Shown here piece by piece: positions 62,550 to 64,000 of a DNA stretch of 64,000 nucleotides (positions are counted from its first letter, which is position 1; every line of letters starts with the position of its first letter). The DNA is taken from assembly GCA_963422375.2 (NCBI GenBank), contig OY729428.2, forward strand, positions 1,888,001-1,952,000, given 5' to 3'. Origin of the DNA: Bryobacterales bacterium. Its GTDB lineage: Bacteria > Acidobacteriota > Terriglobia > Bryobacterales > UBA6623. The position numbers were made by a program, and so were the translations under genes. The notes under the pieces are model-generated. The model worked only from the letters and a program-made list of their open reading frames with translations, made no database searches and had not been told where the DNA came from.

Positions 62550-63692
62550 TCAGTCAAGCAGCTGCTTGGCAATCGTCTGCAGCTGCATGTTCGAGGTGCC
62601 CTCGTAGATGGTGCCGATCTTGGCGTCGCGGTAGAGCTTGGCGACGGGGTAGTCCTCAGTGAAACCGACACCTCCGAAGAAGTCCACGCAGCGGGCGGTG
62701 GCTCGCACCGCCATCTCCGAGGCGTGGTACTTCGCCATGGCAGCCTCCTTCAGGAAGGTCTTGCCGCTGTCCTTGAGCCGCGCCGCGTTCCAGACGAGCA
62801 ACCTGGCCGCCTCGACCTGCGTCGCGAGCTCCGCGACCTGGAACTGAATGCCTTGGAAGTCCGCAAGGCGTCGGCCGAACTGCTTGCGCTCCCGCAGGTA
62901 GGCAAGGGCGTGGCCGATGGCACCCTCGGCGATGCCCAGCATCTGCGCGCCGATCGCGATGCGCCCCTCGTTGAGCGCTTGGATGGCGATCCTGTAGCCC
63001 TTGCCGACCTCGCCGACAACGTTGGCTTCGGGCACGAAGCAGCTGTCGAGGAGGATCTCGCACGTCGACGACGCCCGGATGCCGAGCTTGTCCTCTTTCT
63101 TGCCGACGGTGAAGCCGGGGAACTCTCGCTCGACAAGGAACGCGGTGATGCCGCGGTACCCGGATTCCGGGCTGGCGTTCGCGAACACCAGGAAGAGTCC
63201 CGACTCCTTGGCGTTGGTGATCCAGAGCTTGCGGCCGTCGAGGACGAACCCGCCGTCGCAGCGCTGCGCGCGCGCCCGCATCGCGAACGCGTCGCTGCCG
63301 GAGCCTGTCTCCGAGAGAGCGTAGCTGCACACGGTGTCGCGGCATGCGCGGGGAAGGTACTTGCGCCTCTGCTGGACGGAGCCCCAGCGGAGCAGCGCGT
63401 TGACGACCAAGGTGTTCTGGACGTCGACTACCACCGAGACGGACGGGTCCACCCTCGAGAGAGCTTGGACCGCCAACACCGCGTCGAAGAACGTGCCGCC
63501 TTGTCCGCCCAGATTCTCGGGCACCTCGATGCCCATCAGGCCGGCCGCGAACAGCTGGTCGACGACATCCGGGCGCAACTCGCACGCCTCGTCCATGGCG
63601 CGAACGTGCGGGCTGACCTCCCGCTTTGCGAACTCAACAACGGAATCGAAGAATGCGGACTCGTCTTCGCTCAGTACGGAGAGGGCACCCAT
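62550..63692 (-). CDS. Acyl-CoA dehydrogenase (short/branched-chain-like)
   Basis: YALSE..SGSD, G.K.WITN, KLGIRASSTC, LNEGRI.I, R.QFG, YRDAKI..IYEGTSN.Q. Confidence 0.95.
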   Translation of the reverse strand: MGALSVLSEDESAFFDSVVEFAKREVSPHVRAMDEACELRPDVVDQLFAAGLMGIEVPENLGGQGGTFFDAVLAVQALSRVDPSVSVVVDVQNTLVVNALLRWGSVQQRRKYLPRACRDTVCSYALSETGSGSDAFAMRARAQRCDGGFVLDGRKLWITNAKESGLFLVFANASPESGYRGITAFLVEREFPGFTVGKKEDKLGIRASSTCEILLDSCFVPEANVVGEVGKGYRIAIQALNEGRIAIGAQMLGIAEGAIGHALAYLRERKQFGRRLADFQGIQFQVAELATQVEAARLLVWNAARLKDSGKTFLKEAAMAKYHASEMAVRATARCVDFFGGVGFTEDYPVAKLYRDAKIGTIYEGTSNMQLQTIAKQLLD

Positions 63693-63712
63693 CGACCGTG
63701 GTACGCCCTCCC

Positions 63713-64000
63713 TTACGACGCGATGCCGACAGGGCCTTCGTCCTCGCCTTCGTCCTCGCTCGGCGCCGGGAAGTAGACGATCAAACCGCAACTCTCGCAG
63801 GTGAGCACGCCCTCCTCGAGCTGGCGAAGGTCCTGCAGCACCTTCGGGCGCAGGCGAACGTGACAGGCCCCGCAACTCTCGCCGTTCACGGGGGCAGCGG
63901 AGATGCCTCGGGCCTTGCGTACCCGCTCGTAGATTCGCAACGTCCCCGCACCGATCCGAGCGACAACCGCCTTCCGGTCCTCTCGTCGCTTAGCGCGCTC
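63713..64000 (-). CDS. C4-type zinc-ribbon (DUF164/CT398-like) protein, 5' end outside the window
   Basis: YERVRK..G.S.A.V....CGACH..L.P......TCESCG.I.Y. Confidence 0.85.
   Translation of the reverse strand, partial: ERAKRREDRKAVVARIGAGTLRIYERVRKARGISAAPVNGESCGACHVRLRPKVLQDLRQLEEGVLTCESCGLIVYFPAPSEDEGEDEGPVGIAS

Overview
GC-rich bacterial window. Gene content (three Acidobacteria-type TonB-dependent receptors, DUF1549/1553+DUF1501 and DUF1592+DUF1552 pairs, an ADOP-type permease, hpnCDE, an internalin-like LRR protein) suggests an Acidobacteriota genome, possibly host-associated; this is inference. It holds tRNA-Arg(CCT), tRNA-Thr(CGT), nadA, an iscA-like gene, moaA, selA and ggt. The top finding is a selenoprotein that the ORF track splits in two: a signal peptide and Trx-like CxxU (in-frame TGA at 49374-49376, followed by a SECIS-like hairpin) fused to a CxxCH motif and PDZ-like domains. 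It lies directly downstream of selA-yjbQ and is translationally coupled to a DsbD-N-like protein. Six mobile elements have resolvable inverted repeats and target-site duplications, including two nested insertions and two MITE-like elements. A decayed KpnI-like restriction-modification pair follows an older IS1595 remnant. Four different transposases repeatedly show CTGG/CCAG->CCGG changes at conserved codons. All family assignments come from motif recognition; no database searches were run.
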